A stretch of 64,000 nt of DNA. Origin: Trichoplax sp. H2 (taxonomy: Eukaryota). Where the stretch lies: NCBI GenBank assembly GCA_003344405.1, contig NOWV01000131.1:1-64000 (forward strand), read 5' to 3'. The position numbers and the translations under genes are program-made. Numbering within the stretch: position 1 is the stretch's first letter; each line of letters begins with the position of its first letter. This document shows, piece by piece, positions 1-13,355 of this stretch. Below the pieces are notes generated by a model that was not told the DNA's origin, ran no database searches, and was given only the letters and a program-made list of their open reading frames with translations.

Positions 1-255
1 GATTCCCGGATTTCCGGGCGGGGCCTCAGGTTATGCATCAAGACAACAAGAAATATTTGTTCCTTAGCCTGATCTTTACAATTTTTCTACTTTCTTTTGT
101 CGGTGTGGAGATCAGGACAATGAACAAATGTTAACTGTTGTCTCGTCGTCTTGCAAATATACCCGATTCAAGCTAAATCAAACCGTAAACAAGTTGCACA
201 CAACGTATCGAGATTGCACCTTTTCAATCGACGCCAAATCAAACAGCCCCCCAAA

Positions 256-3200
256 ATGGCTAAAAATACTACAACTGTCTCAGATTTACGCCAGGAAAGA
301 TCCAATCCACCATTTTCTATCAATGATATGACAGAATTTTATGATGGAGGGTCGGAAGCAACGAAAAAACGCAAATTGATATGTAAGTCAAGCAACGTTA
401 CTGTACTGTACTTCGTCAATTCATCATGCTTTCATACTTTGGGCGGTAACGTTCTTTCACACCTCTTATTCACAATCAGAAAAGTTCTGCTAGAGTGCTT
501 CTACTGTAATTTCTTCCACGGAAAGTAATGGAGTATTACAGATAAAAGATAGCAAGCTTGCTTGATAAGCTCAAAAGAGAACAAATTCAAAGTAATGCAG
601 TATTGCAGATCAACGATAGCAAGCTTGCTTGATAAGCTCACAAGAGAACAAATTTAAAGTAATGCAGTATTGTAGATCAATGATAGCAAGCTTTCTTGAT
701 AAAGCTCACAAGAGAACAATTTCATTCACTGGTTTTATGCGCTCTTTACGTATTGTATCCAATCACCACCTGTATTGAAAATAAAATGGATTAAATCGAT
801 CTCGCAGCTTAGGAGAGCATCATCAACCAATAATTCCAATATCGATTTCATGATGCCATAATACGTTTCATACTTTACCTTGAATTATCAATCTCTCTTA
901 GTCAATATCGTCATTTGTTGAATCTGGAATCTGATTCTCAGACTCACGACAAATACACAACAAATCTGGAAATGATAGTACAGTAATAATATCGGAAATA
1001 TCCCAAGGCGTAACTGAACGTAATAGTAAAACTGCTATACAGATACCAGCAGTAATAATCAAAAGTAATTTCTGCACAAATTTTCGATATCAAGCAGAGT
1101 CATACTCAAGCAGTGGTCTGTAATAATATACTGTACTGTATATTCACGATGTTGCACTTTGTCAACTCATGAATCTATCAAATGTAAATGTATATGCTAG
1201 CATAATGTACATACTAGTATATTAACGTTTCTAACAATACTAACTACATAATTACAGCCTCTTTGATATTAAACAACCCCGCATTTAAATGGCTGGAACG
1301 CCATTATTGGACTCGAGACGAGGCATACAGCAGCAATGTTCAATGCTTAGCAGAAGTTGCAAAAATTCTAAGAAAGCATAAACTCAATGTTGATGATTTT
1401 ATGCATTACTACTGGCTTGTCAGGTAATCCTATAATTTAAAATTTAGTCTCAGTAATCATAAAAATCGAATTGCTGTATGGATATACGTCGACTAAATTT
1501 TACTAGCTTTTTATATACCTGCAAGTAAAAGTTGGTTACCGTATCGTGATAAAGTCGTTGGTTGGTTAAGACTAAATAATGGATAATATTACTAATCGGG
1601 CACGATACTTTTATATATTATTCTTTAGCACAATAGGAGAGGTTGTAAGTTTCGAAATGCATCTTACTACATGGAAATCTGCTTTGCAGGTATTCTATTG
1701 AGATATATCACACAAATACACACTCGTACACGCTTTTACTTATCCAATACAATCAACGTTGACACGTTGACAGTCACGAATGAATACTATTCACTGTTTG
1801 TTACTGTTCGCGTTAAACATGATCTTGAAATCGGCAATATACTATACTATATTTTTTTAGATATATACTATACTGTAGTATACTGCTATTAGTGCTATAC
1901 TGTACATTGGCAATGCATGTGCTATACACTGTGCGGTATTATTTTACGCTATGTCGAATTTGTTTTGTGTAAATCTAATGCATTAGCACATTCTAGAATA
2001 TAAAATAGAATAGCCAACATGATAGTTCTCAGTAAGTAATTTTCCTCGTAAAAATATCAACGCAGGATCAAGGTACATCTGAACAACAAAAGAAATGGTT
2101 ACCGTTAGTTGATAATTTTAAAATCGTCGCAACCTATTGCCAAACCGAACTTGGTCACGGTAATCAACTATTAAATATACTATACAATCGTATTTCAACA
2201 TCTGATATCCTACAGTAAAATAATACAGTTACTCTTATTTATTTACTTGTTTCGTGATTAATTGAAGCAATTTATTCTTATTCTTAACGCTAAATGGATA
2301 TTCGTATTTTACTTGTATTGGAATTAGGTACCTTTATTCGAGGATTTGAAACAACTGCTACATATGACCCGAAAACTAGAGAATTTATCTTAAATACTCC
2401 TACTTTAACGGCTACAAAATGGTGGATTGGCGAAGGTAAGTAATCAATACCATTATCTTATCCTTCTCCAATTTTAACGAAGAGAACGCAATCACTAAGT
2501 TAAATTTATATGACGCAAGTAACAATATTAGGTCCCTTATTTACGTATTCATGTTTTGTTTAGTGGCTAAAACTGCCACTCATGCGCTTGTGATGGCTCA
2601 ATTGTGGACTCAGAATAAGTGTTATGGCCCACACTTATTCATTCTCCAGGTTCGTAGTCTAGAAGATCATACTCCTCTACCTGGAATTACCCTAGGAGAA
2701 ATGGGCGATAAATTTGGGTATAACAGCGTTGATGATGGCTTCATGCAATTGAGTAATGTAAGAATACCTCGCGATCAAATGTTGATGAGGCATTCAAAGG
2801 TAAGTAAAGATATACAGTAATCTGTATACGAAGGTAACTCGACCCGCGTTATGATTTATGTAAATATTTTATATATTGTTGTATTGTAGGTTACACTTGA
2901 CGGAAGCTTTATCCCTCCTAAAAATCCCAGACTAACTTACGTAGCTATCACTTTATATAGATGTCAATTATTGATGTTATGCTCTAACTATTTAGCACGA
3001 GCATCTACGATTGCCGTTCGCTACAGTGCAATACGCCGTCAGACTGAAACAAAACCTGGGTGCCGTACTTATTTTCATACTCTTTTATGACATAGGATAG
3101 ATACCATTAACGATATACTAAGATTATTATATAAATCTGTTTTAGTTACGAACCTAAAGTCTTAGATTATGTAACTCAACAAAACAAACTATTCCCTCAT

Positions 3201-4854
3201 ATCGCTGGCGCTTATGCTCTTGCATGCACTGGTCATTACATGATAGATTTCGGTAAAAGAGCTACTGAACGGATAAAACTGGAAGATCTAAGTGTCCTAG
3301 CCGAGGTTAGACAAATTTCTGATTTCATAGGATATATACAAATGTTAAATAATACCTACATGAATGAACAAAAGTAATAACGATTTTGTTTTTATACTAG
3401 TTCCATGGAATTAGTTCTGGTTTAAAAGCCTTTTGTACAGAGATGAGTGTATCTGGTATTGAGGTATAGTAAAAGAACAAACGCTATACGTATAACTTCG
3501 AGTAGCCCAATTCTAATTCTTTTTAATGATTGAGACGCGCTTGCGGCGGGCATGGTTATTCATCGGCCTGCGGTATAGGTCATATTTATAATAATTGGTT
3601 AGCGTCTTGCACATACGAAGGCGAAAACACTGTTATGTACCTTCAGTCAGCTAAGTAAGTTTGTAAATTAAATAGACTAAGAAAGACATTTATAAAAGTA
3701 AGAGAATACATTAAATTAACAATTTTTTAGATATTTACTTCGTTGTGTCAAGAATCCAAAGTCTGCACCTTTAGGTGTATCAGCAGTCTTACATAATCCA
3801 CCAGGTAAACACTGGGATGTTAAGAATATGCAAGATCTAGAGAAGACGAATACAGTACTAGAAGCTTATAGAGCTAGAGCATATAAGTAAGTAATCGACA
3901 CAAATACCATAACTAGCTCTATCATATCATTAACTCTGCAATCTTTGACAGAAAAGTAGCTATTGCTGATAAATACCTTCGCGAATTACAATCTGGTGGC
4001 GATACTAGTTACGATGCTTGGAATAAATCCGGAATTAAATTAGTGGATTGCGCAAAGGTACTTATAACTGTTTAAAATATTTTAGTTAATCTCGGCTTTG
4101 AGTTTTTTCTTCACTATTTTTAAATACTAAGTCTATACTATTTTCTGCTCGTTCTACAGGCATTTACTCACTATTTCGTAATAAAGACATTCTTTAATAT
4201 GATTGAGAAATCGCGCTTGGGACAATCTTGTCATCTACAGTTACATAGACTATCTATTCTGCTAGCTTTACATGGCATAGATCAAAATACTGGCGATTTT
4301 ATGCTCGTAAGTATTCTGAATAAATTTACTATTAACACAAACATAATATACATAATTATCGTTGGCGATAAAGATCGTATCATTGTACTTTATTAATCGT
4401 CGCAAGTTAAAACTAAGCGAGCACTAATTGAAATTATAACATGTATTTTATCAGGACAACTTCATCGATTTTGAACAAATCAAACTCATTCGAGTAAAAA
4501 TATTAGAACTATTTAGTGAAATTCGACCGGTCGCAGTTTGTTTAGTTGACGCATTCGATATACCGGATCAGACGCTACTATCTGTTCTCGGTAGATATGA
4601 TGGCGACGTTTATAACAAACTATTCGAATGGGCAAAAGAGGCGCCTTTGAATAAAACTCAAGTTCGTTATCTATTAGTAGTAGTCATAGATTGTGTGTTC
4701 GTTTATTTAGCTTAGGAAAAAACATGGAAGAAAAATGCTCATCGCTATTAATTAAACAGTTATTATAATTGATTTGATTTAATTGTTATTTATATTGTAG
4801 GTACATTCATCATATGATAAATACCTTCGGAACCTGCTTACAAGCAAGTTATAA
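256..4854 (+). CDS. ACOX1: Peroxisomal acyl-CoA oxidase (ACOX1-like), multi-exon
   Basis: Spliced exons read [16 protein letters not shown].. (256-382), [11 protein letters not shown].., [93 protein letters not shown] (catalytic Glu motif) and [11 protein letters not shown]. The last exon (4801-4854) reads [17 protein letters not shown], a canonical PTS1. One acceptor near 3530 looks defective (see findings). Confidence 0.93.
548..720. repeat. Tandem repeat, ~67-bp unit, about 2.6 copies, in ACOX intron 1
   Basis: GATAGCAAGCTT(G/T)CTTGATAAGCTCA.AAGAGAACAA recurs at ~548, ~616 and ~682. Confidence 0.85.
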
Positions 4855-6095
4855 AGAGTTTATGTCGCTGAATTATCTTCGGATAATATTTAAGATAGAT
4901 CTCAAGTTATCTGTTATCTTTGGTCACTCAGCTAAAGGCTTGATCTTAATGATCATACTCGTATGGATTACATCGTACAACAAAATATCATATCTCGATG
5001 TAACTCGATATCTTAGATACAAATAGCACATTTACGTTTAAGTACTAGCGATACTGTTAGCCTTTTGCATTAACCTAATTGTGGTATTTCTATACAATTT
5101 GATGAGTTAATAGTTATAATCTATTGATTGAGCATGAAAGTATTTACGCTCTCGTTTACGTTTTTATACTGTCATTATCCACTTATAATAACAATCTTAA
5201 TAAAGAGAATAATTCAAGTATAGTTTTTCTTATACTTGTATTGAATGATTGCACCCGTTGCATCTATTGCATCTGTTGTATATGGACCGTTAATATCAAT
5301 AATACAATAGTACTTTAAATATGTCTTTCTTAAATTTTTTACTTATTAAGTCGTTCTTATAAGTCATAAGTGAAATTTAATCTAACAATGATAAATGCAT
5401 GTATCTGTTTATACCAATATAAATATATTCCATATCTTTCAGTGAACTCTGTATACGTGTTTTATTGGTATGAATAGTAAATGTAGTAGAATTACTATGA
5501 CTTACTATCGGGAGAATTGAAAGCGTTTGTATAACTTTACCTCATGAATATGGTAGAATACGTATATATATAATTTGATATCGTTCAGGATTAAGCGGTT
5601 AAATACTGTTAGCAACTATATAATCTAATAGTTAAAAATTACGATAGCATGTATTACAATCCTTCTGTTTTGTATTAAATGAAATATCGTGTAAGGTCGT
5701 TGTGGTTAAACATACTCATATCTAATAAATAATTTTAATATTAAGTTTACTATTTTCACGACTTGGAAGTACTAATTATAATTAATGTAATACTAACTCT
5801 ATGGAGGAAGCTCTATTCGTGCATTGTAAATGAGCTTCTTTACAATTAGATTTTTGCAGAACATACTGCAGTAATTGCTTGATAAATATAGAAATATATA
5901 CTCTATAGGATCAAAAACTGGCTATCAGTTTATTCATTCGATATAAAACAGGAACATGCTTGCAACTACTGATCACCAACGCATACCTTAGATTGGTTAG
6001 TCTCGTTATAGAAATATCCCCTGCCTACGTGTAAAAAATATAATCATCTATAGTTTGACTCCATTTATTACAATCATGAGAATCCAAATAGAGTC

Positions 6096-6244
6096 AAAAA
6101 AGCCATCGGTGACGGCGCAGTGCGTTTATCCGGTTCCAGTTGATTAGAAGTACCGAAGAGTACGTATCAACGGATTCGGGAAGTCACTATTTGCCAGAGT
6201 AAATAATTCACATGAACGAAGTAACGCAATAGCTAAGCACCGAC
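6096..6244 (-). ncRNA. Candidate RNA polymerase III (type-3 promoter) structured ncRNA, ~150 nt, vault/Y/sbRNA-like architecture
   Basis: Minus strand reads GUCGGUGCUUAGCUAUUGCGUUACUUCG...GGAUAAACGCACUGCGCCGUCACCGAUGGCUUUUUU. Terminal stem GUCGGUG/CACCGAU, second stem UGCGUU/AACGCA, inner hairpin AUCCG-UUGAU-GUAC/GUAC-AUCAA-CGGAU. T6 terminator at 6101-6096; upstream TATA and PSE-like elements at canonical distances. Confidence 0.7.
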
Positions 6245-6265
6245 AAAAGTACAAAGGGTCGATTG

Positions 6266-6323
6266 TATTTATATATTTTCTTATAACGTTAATTGCTTTA
6301 GTTATGGGATTCGCATGACGTCA
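6266..6323 (-). promoter_or_regulatory. Type-3 Pol III promoter: TATA box, PSE-like element and CRE/ATF site
   Basis: Minus strand: TATATAAATA at 6275-6266 (-31 from the G at 6244), ATCCCATAACTAAAGCA starting at 6310 (-66, similar to the vertebrate U6 PSE core ..CCGTAACTTGAAAG), and palindromic TGACGTCA at 6316-6323. Confidence 0.65.
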
Positions 6324-7542
6324 CAGCCGACAGTTTAATGCCGGACAGTAATTTTTACTTCTGTAGGAGCTGTACACTGTACAGTACTGTACAGTTCGGT
6401 AGCTCGCCATTCGTATTGAAGTACTCAAAATTTCGTTCAGCAAATCTCGACTGTAGGTTAAAGATTCATTTGGCAATCGTCGATACTATCTAACTGTTCT
6501 GTACTTGAGTAGCCCCACATGCCGTGGAAGTAAAAGTATAGATCGATAGCGTGTAGCACTGTCCAAGGACTATCGTATAAAAGTATTGGTGACTGCGCCT
6601 AGCGTTCAAACTAATCCAAAGATCAGAAATTGTTTCCCATAAGCAATTTTTGTTTGTTTTTGATACGAAGTAACGCTTTGGCAATGAGCACTAACGATGG
6701 GGAGCGAAGTTTGTTGTTATTATATATTGAGTTTGAATATATAATTTACTTCAGTTATTATACGATATGAGGTGAATGGAATACAGCATAACCTCCATTT
6801 GAGGTTGCCATGGAAATAAGAGAGTAAACGCCTGAGACTTTATCCTGTACTGTATACTGTATGTATTAGTTGGTACTGGATGGAGATCAAGAATGTAAGT
6901 GAAGTAATATTGCAACGCACAGGACGTCTAGTGAAATGAAGGATCGTAACTTATCATACATGTATTAGAAAGGAAATGAAGATTGCCATAAAATAAAGTA
7001 ATAAAATCAGTGTCTTTTTGAGCTACATCCAGTATAAGAAAAAGCGACATTTCAACATCTTTACTTTTCTCGTCACTCTACAGTAGTATGTACACTAGCA
7101 CATTGTTCTGTACAGTATTAGTGTACATACTACTGTAAAGTAGCGCTTGTCAATAGGCTGCTTAAACCAGAGTCCAATTTTCACTATTTACTATAGGCCT
7201 AGTTTTCAAAAGGTTGAGTTTGCCCAGGCAACTTTTCTGACCATAAGGCATGTCAACACTTGCCCGGCCCAGATGTGGGAGGTCCAACAATGACGTGATG
7301 ACTAACCTAGTAGAATTTCCAAGCCAACCGCCAGCATAGCACACAGTATAGGCTTTTACCAGTGTTTTGCTACACAGAATACATATCATGGGATAGACCA
7401 GTGTAGGCTTAGTTTACAGGTATTAGTACTCTGCTTGCACAGCTCAGTAGCATCGATTGCACATTCTTGCTACAAAGGTTGCTGTCCACATCTTGGTTCT
7501 TGATCGGTTTATTTGTCATATTGGCTCTAAAAGGATTGAAAA

Positions 7543-10500
7543 ATGGCATATTCAAAGGTAATAGCACGATTTTAAGCATAATAAATCAATTGTTGATACT
7601 GTAGTTTACAGTTGTAATTGCAATACACACGATGGCTTAGAGGATTGACGAGATCGAGAAGGAGTGATTGCGACCAGCGGATCTGGTCTCAATTTTGCTC
7701 GAAATTGCTAATAATGTTAGCAAGATATTACTGTAATTAAGTTTAAAAAGGCTTATCAGTAGGGATTCTAATAATAATTTCATCTTGCATCTTTGTGCAG
7801 TTTTGGATAGTTGTTCTCTGTATAATGGAATGTTGTTTTTCTACACTTATCAATCATCATCAGGAAGCTATTGCTATCTGCCTGGATGTAAGCCCTTCTA
7901 TGTGCTATGCACCTCAAGGCCATGCTAGCAAATTGGAAACTTCTGTCAATGCGATTAATATGATCGTATCTCGAAAGGTATACATTTAAAAATGGTATTG
8001 GTAGAATGCAATAGAAACTAAATCAACTCTTATTACTCTATTTTTAGATGTTCTCTCAAGGTCATTTAGCTAATAAGGATGAATTTGCTTTAGTCTTATT
8101 TGGAACCCAAGGTAAGCAATACAGCAATGTAATTCCGACCAGTCTCTTCCCACATAATGGATGCCAGTGACATACTCTATTTTCTATCTTACTCTTGATG
8201 AATAAGATACAAAGTACTGTACTCATGCACTGTCTTACCTATATGCTTAGATTGAGATAATACTAATTGGTAGCTAATGGAGTTCTTGCAGATTGCATGT
8301 ATGGTGATTTTATCGATAGAGCTAATCGACGAGATTACTATTACTGTATAAAACTTTGGAAAGCACAGCTTGTATTGCAATAGAGTATTAGATACAAATT
8401 AAAATTCTACAATACTGTACTGATTATACTACAGTCGCCTTGAAAGAAAATGAAAACTAATCTACATCTATTTTTGCATTCATATTGTGTTCCACTTAAT
8501 TACGATTTTCTGTCGCAGCTAGAAAGAGAATTGACAATTATATTGCCTGTTCTACTAAAAATGCCCTTAGTGTAATCGACATTTTCGTGCATTGCTTAGA
8601 GAGTGATAACGATCTATATGAAGATGGTCAATATGAAAATATTAGTGTGGTTAGACCACTTGGACCACCTGATTTAAATTTTCTACGATACATTCAAACC
8701 AACATAGCACCAGGTAAGAATAGAAGCCATTCTATTTCAATATTTATCAAATCACGAAGTTACTAGTAATGGTACAAAATTTATTATTACGGTAATATTC
8801 AAACTAGATATACATGTTTTATTAAATTTATAGGAGATGAAGACGCAGATTGTATCCCACAAACGCATGACATATTTGCAACAGTTAGCATCTGTAAAAT
8901 TTAGATTAAAAATGAATGTAACAGTATTAGGCATACTAAGAAAAAATATGGACACGATTGACTAATAAACACGAGGATATTTGATAATGTCCATTGCAGT
9001 CATTACGTTGTTGGTGGTCCTGCTGTACTTGTGCAATTTTTCTTAACCTTATTCGCTTATTTATAGTCCTGGATTCCATAATAGTTGCTATGGATTTACT
9101 TAAAAAGTCAACCAGGTACAATAGCACTTTACTTTATCGTAAATGATAAGTACATAGGTAATGATGCTGATGAGCTACAATCTCCGAATTGAAATAGGAG
9201 TTGACTATCTGTCTCTTTCAATATTGTAATTTACTATATTCCATCATTACATATTTTCTTGTCTATGCTACATGTTATATGACGATATATTAAAATGAGT
9301 AAGTTACTTTTTTTTAATACAGTGGGAAGAAGTTTGGAGACAAGCGAATAATCCTCTTTTCTGACCTCGGTTCCCCATTTGCTGATGACCAAGTAGAAGC
9401 AATTACCGAGGGTTTGAAGACTTTAGGCATACAGTTGACCGTAATGTGAGAGATATGTATAAATTTATTAAAGTCGTATCATGAAAAATGGACTTTAATA
9501 TCAAAATATAAAATTATTTTCTCTAAATTACTGTATTTGCTATATTGTATTCAGAGGCCCTGATATTGACGACGACAACGAAAATGAAGATGATGACGGT
9601 GATGATAATGATGATAGCCAGAATTATACTAATAACGACGGTGCACAGAGTTCTAAATCTCAAAAGAAACATCTTACCTTTCATGGGAAAGAAAAAACTC
9701 CTCAGCAGGTAACTTAGAATTAATGGTAATAACATAAATTACCAATGATATAAGTATTACAATGGACTATGTGCGCTTTATAACATTGCAGCATAAACTT
9801 ATCTTAAAATAATCAATATAATGGTTTTAGATTGCCGGCGAATCAACACTGAAAAAGATATTAGAAATAGTTGATGGAGATTCTCATTCATTAAGGTCAG
9901 TTTATATGGTAGATAACTATCAATTAAAAACTGCTCGTAGCTATTGGCTGTCCTATCAATTATGCGAGCTGTTGGCTAACCTTTGTTTCCGATATATATT
10001 ATATAGGAGTGCGTTGTCGACCCTTAGCTTTTTTCAAAAGCGGTCAATAAAAATGACCACTGTTTTCCGAGGGCCTCTAGAAATTGGATCGAAACTTAAA
10101 ATTAATACCTACGCTTATATAAAGGTATTATCACATCTAACACCTGAATACAGTACTCTGATTTACGATCATCATATCATTAAAGTAATATGAACTGTAT
10201 TAGTCATTTTCTGTTTTTCTGTAATAATGAAAAGGTACGAGAATCTAAACCAGAATCGTGGAAGAAACTATCAGCAATATCCGAGGCGTCAAATCAACCC
10301 GGTGATATGAAGGTAAAAATTGAAAGATCATATCACTTAAATGATGAAGATGAGACGGAAATTGAAAGAGAAAATTTAGCTAAAGGTTAGTTATATTGTA
10401 GTAAATGTTAAGATTAAACAAGGTAAGGCATTTTCAAAGTAATAACTCTGAATGTTCTTGTTAACAATTAATTTGTTATATAACACTATAGGCTATAAAT

Positions 10501-13355
10501 ATGGTAAAACCATTGTTCCATGGCTCAAAATTGACGAAGAAAGTATGAAGCTAAAGGCTGCTAAATGCTTATCAGTACTTGGATTTACAAAATCTGAAAA
10601 TGTGTGTGTGACTATGTACCCATACACTTGAATTCCTTGTCATTGTTAATCTTTTCATCTACAGTTGAAAGTGTTGAACAATTTTTTGTATTCCGCAGGT
10701 AAAAAGACATTGGTTAATGGGAGATGGTGTAGTAGTTTTTATGCCTGCACCAAACGATGAAGTATGTTCATCATTTTTCATATCTGGTCGTATGGTTTGT
10801 GTTAAAATGTGTCATTCATGCCTAAATTTTTAGCCTGCTGGTGTTGCATTTTCGGCCTTGGTTCAAGCTCTATATGAAACTGATAAAGTGGCTGTTGTGC
10901 GCTACGTCTATCGTAATAATTCTCAGCCGAAACTTGGAATTTTATTTCCCCAAATAAAGGCAACTTATCGGGTAATCAGAAAAGCTAAATTGAGATATAT
11001 TCTATTTCCATACAGCAACTGCAACTCGCTGACTTCTTTATACAGTTACAGAATTGTAGATTAAAGTCTTGTAATTATAACAGAGCCTCTTGTTTATCCA
11101 ACTGCCTTTCATGGAAGATATTCGCCAATACACATTTGCTTCGTTAACCACAAATAAGAAAAATGTACCTACAGGTATGTTTATTTCTATGCACAAATAT
11201 ATAAATTTACGATCTATCTCTCATTTACGTGATGTTCTCTATGCGGAAGATGACTTCTCGTCTACTTTTTACTAGATGATCAGTTGGACCTTGTTGATGA
11301 TTTAGTAACTTCCATGGATTTATCTCGAGCCTATCGGTACAGTATAGACTACGTTGCATTGCTATTATTTGTAATAGATCTATAGGATAGCGATCGTTGC
11401 ACTGAAATCAATTGACTAAAATCGATTTCGCATTAGTGATGACGATGGAGAACTTATCGAAGCCCTTAAGCCTAAGTTGACTTTCAATCCGGTTCTTCAA
11501 CGTTCTTATCAGGTATGTACATATAAAATAATACAATTTTTAAAGCATTTATTCTTGAAAATAAAGTTATTTTGCACTAAACTATGACCGTACTATTTAA
11601 AGTAGCATCCTTAAATTTTATGCCTATTTGTTTATTATCTGAAAGTGTATACAACACCGCGCCCTCAATCCTGATGATGCGCTTCCTCGACCTGATCCAG
11701 TTATAACGAGGTACTAATTAAGATTATTTCAACCACAATATAAAATTTCGTCTTAAAACATCGGGGTTTCTTTATCTTAATTGTTGCTTCTTAATATACA
11801 ATTTGACAGGTATTTATCTCCTAGTCAAGATGTAACGGCAACATGCGCTTCTCATTTTCAGAAAATAAAAGTTCGTATCATTTCGTTATTCTTTCATCCT
11901 TTCTCTGGAATTCTGTAGTACTAAATCACTCCATATATTTAGGATTCCTTTGGTATAGTTCACGTACAGAAGAAAAAAAAACGCGACGATGGAACAGCGG
12001 CTAGTATATTTAAAGATAAGTAAGTTGCCAGATGCAAGATGCATATGTTTAAGATCGTGCTGTCAGATAACATACTTGCTGTATTAAATAAATTACATGA
12101 CGTTTAATTTAGTTAGTATTTGTCAATTTCAGTATTGACCTCGCATTGGAACTCGATACGTCTTCTAAACGTGCTAAGGATTCCAATAGTACTGCAGATG
12201 TTGACTTTAGTATTTCAAGTTTATCAAAAGAAAATGTGACGGAAGTAAGTTTATCATCCTTATAAGAATGCAAACTAAAAGCTGATATACTAACCTCAAT
12301 ACTACTTTCGTATTTTAAGGTCGGTACCGTTCAACCAGTGCAAGATTTTAAGGCCATGATAAATCAGAAAGATGAAGATCGATTCGAAGAAGGTACAGAT
12401 TATCGACGGGTATTAATTTTGATATTTAGGGTCTTTAAATGCTATATTAAGAATTGGTACCCAATGAACACTTTAGCCTGCAAACAAATGAAAAGTCGCA
12501 TCTGGCAGCTTGTGATGGATTCAATTGGTTCGCAGTTGTTCCCTAAAGCTATGGATTGTTTAAAAGCTTTAAGAGAAGAATGTGTTAGGGTAAGTAATAA
12601 ATTCTAATATTGCCTTGCATACTGTATGTTTTTATATAATTAATAATTATTGGATTCTGTTACTGCTATTTAGCTTGGCGAGCCTGCTGTATTTAACCAG
12701 TTTTTACAAGATATGAAAGATAAACTTTCTAACGCATTTGGAAGAGATTTCTGGTTGCTTGTCGTTGAAGGTTGTGACCGGCTGTATTTACTATAGTTAT
12801 TACAGAACTTACATGTCGTAAAGAGATGACTATGAATTGGCTATTGCTTACATTAAAACATACGATAACGTTTCGCTATACAATGATTTTTAAATTATAG
12901 GAGAAATTACGTTGATTAGCGTTCAGGAGTCTTCCGAAAGTGACGTAACTGTTGCTGATGCAAAATCGGTATTTTCACATATTTACTTGTACTATACTGT
13001 AACTTATTCACCATAGTTCTAAATTTAATCATATTCCATCTTTATGCCTTGGAGTTACTATTTACAGAAGTTATTGGAGTGATTAATTTGTTTATGGTTG
13101 TGAGTTGTAATCACATTTACCGATTGGCTTTCAATTTTAAAATAGTTCCTTAAAAGCACTGACACTAAGGTTGAAGATAACACTAAGGAGACTACTGAAG
13201 AGGATGCTGATGATTTGGTAGGTGAAATTTCGATACCATAATGCCTAAGTGTTCTCTTTAAGGCCAATAGTTAATTAATCTACAACATAATTGTCGCCTA
13301 CATTCGTGAATTTTTCTAAAATGTATCTTTGTTTCATTAGTTGGAAATGATGTAA
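7543..13355 (+). CDS. XRCC5: Ku80 (XRCC5), non-homologous end-joining DNA end-binding subunit, multi-exon
   Basis: [18 protein letters not shown] (vWA start), [128 protein letters not shown], and C-terminal EEDADDLLEMM* (resembles the DNA-PKcs-binding tail). Confidence 0.95.
8852..9066 (+). other. Probable U12-type (minor spliceosome) GT-AG intron in Ku80
   Basis: 5' splice site GTATCCCA (U12 consensus GTATCCTT) and branch-site TTTTCTTAAC ending at 9047, ~20 nt before the AG at 9065-9066. Splicing restores the frame ..DEDADF|LDSII... Confidence 0.7.

Noticed and set aside
6096-6244. Identification of the Pol III candidate as U6, U6atac, tRNA, 5S, 7SL or RNase P/MRP
   Set aside because: None of their diagnostic sequence motifs or lengths match. 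No tRNA or rRNA gene was recognised anywhere in the window.
7162-7389. 75-aa minus-strand ORF upstream of Ku80
   Set aside because: No recognisable domain or splice-consistent partner exons; probably Ku80 5'UTR or intron sequence.
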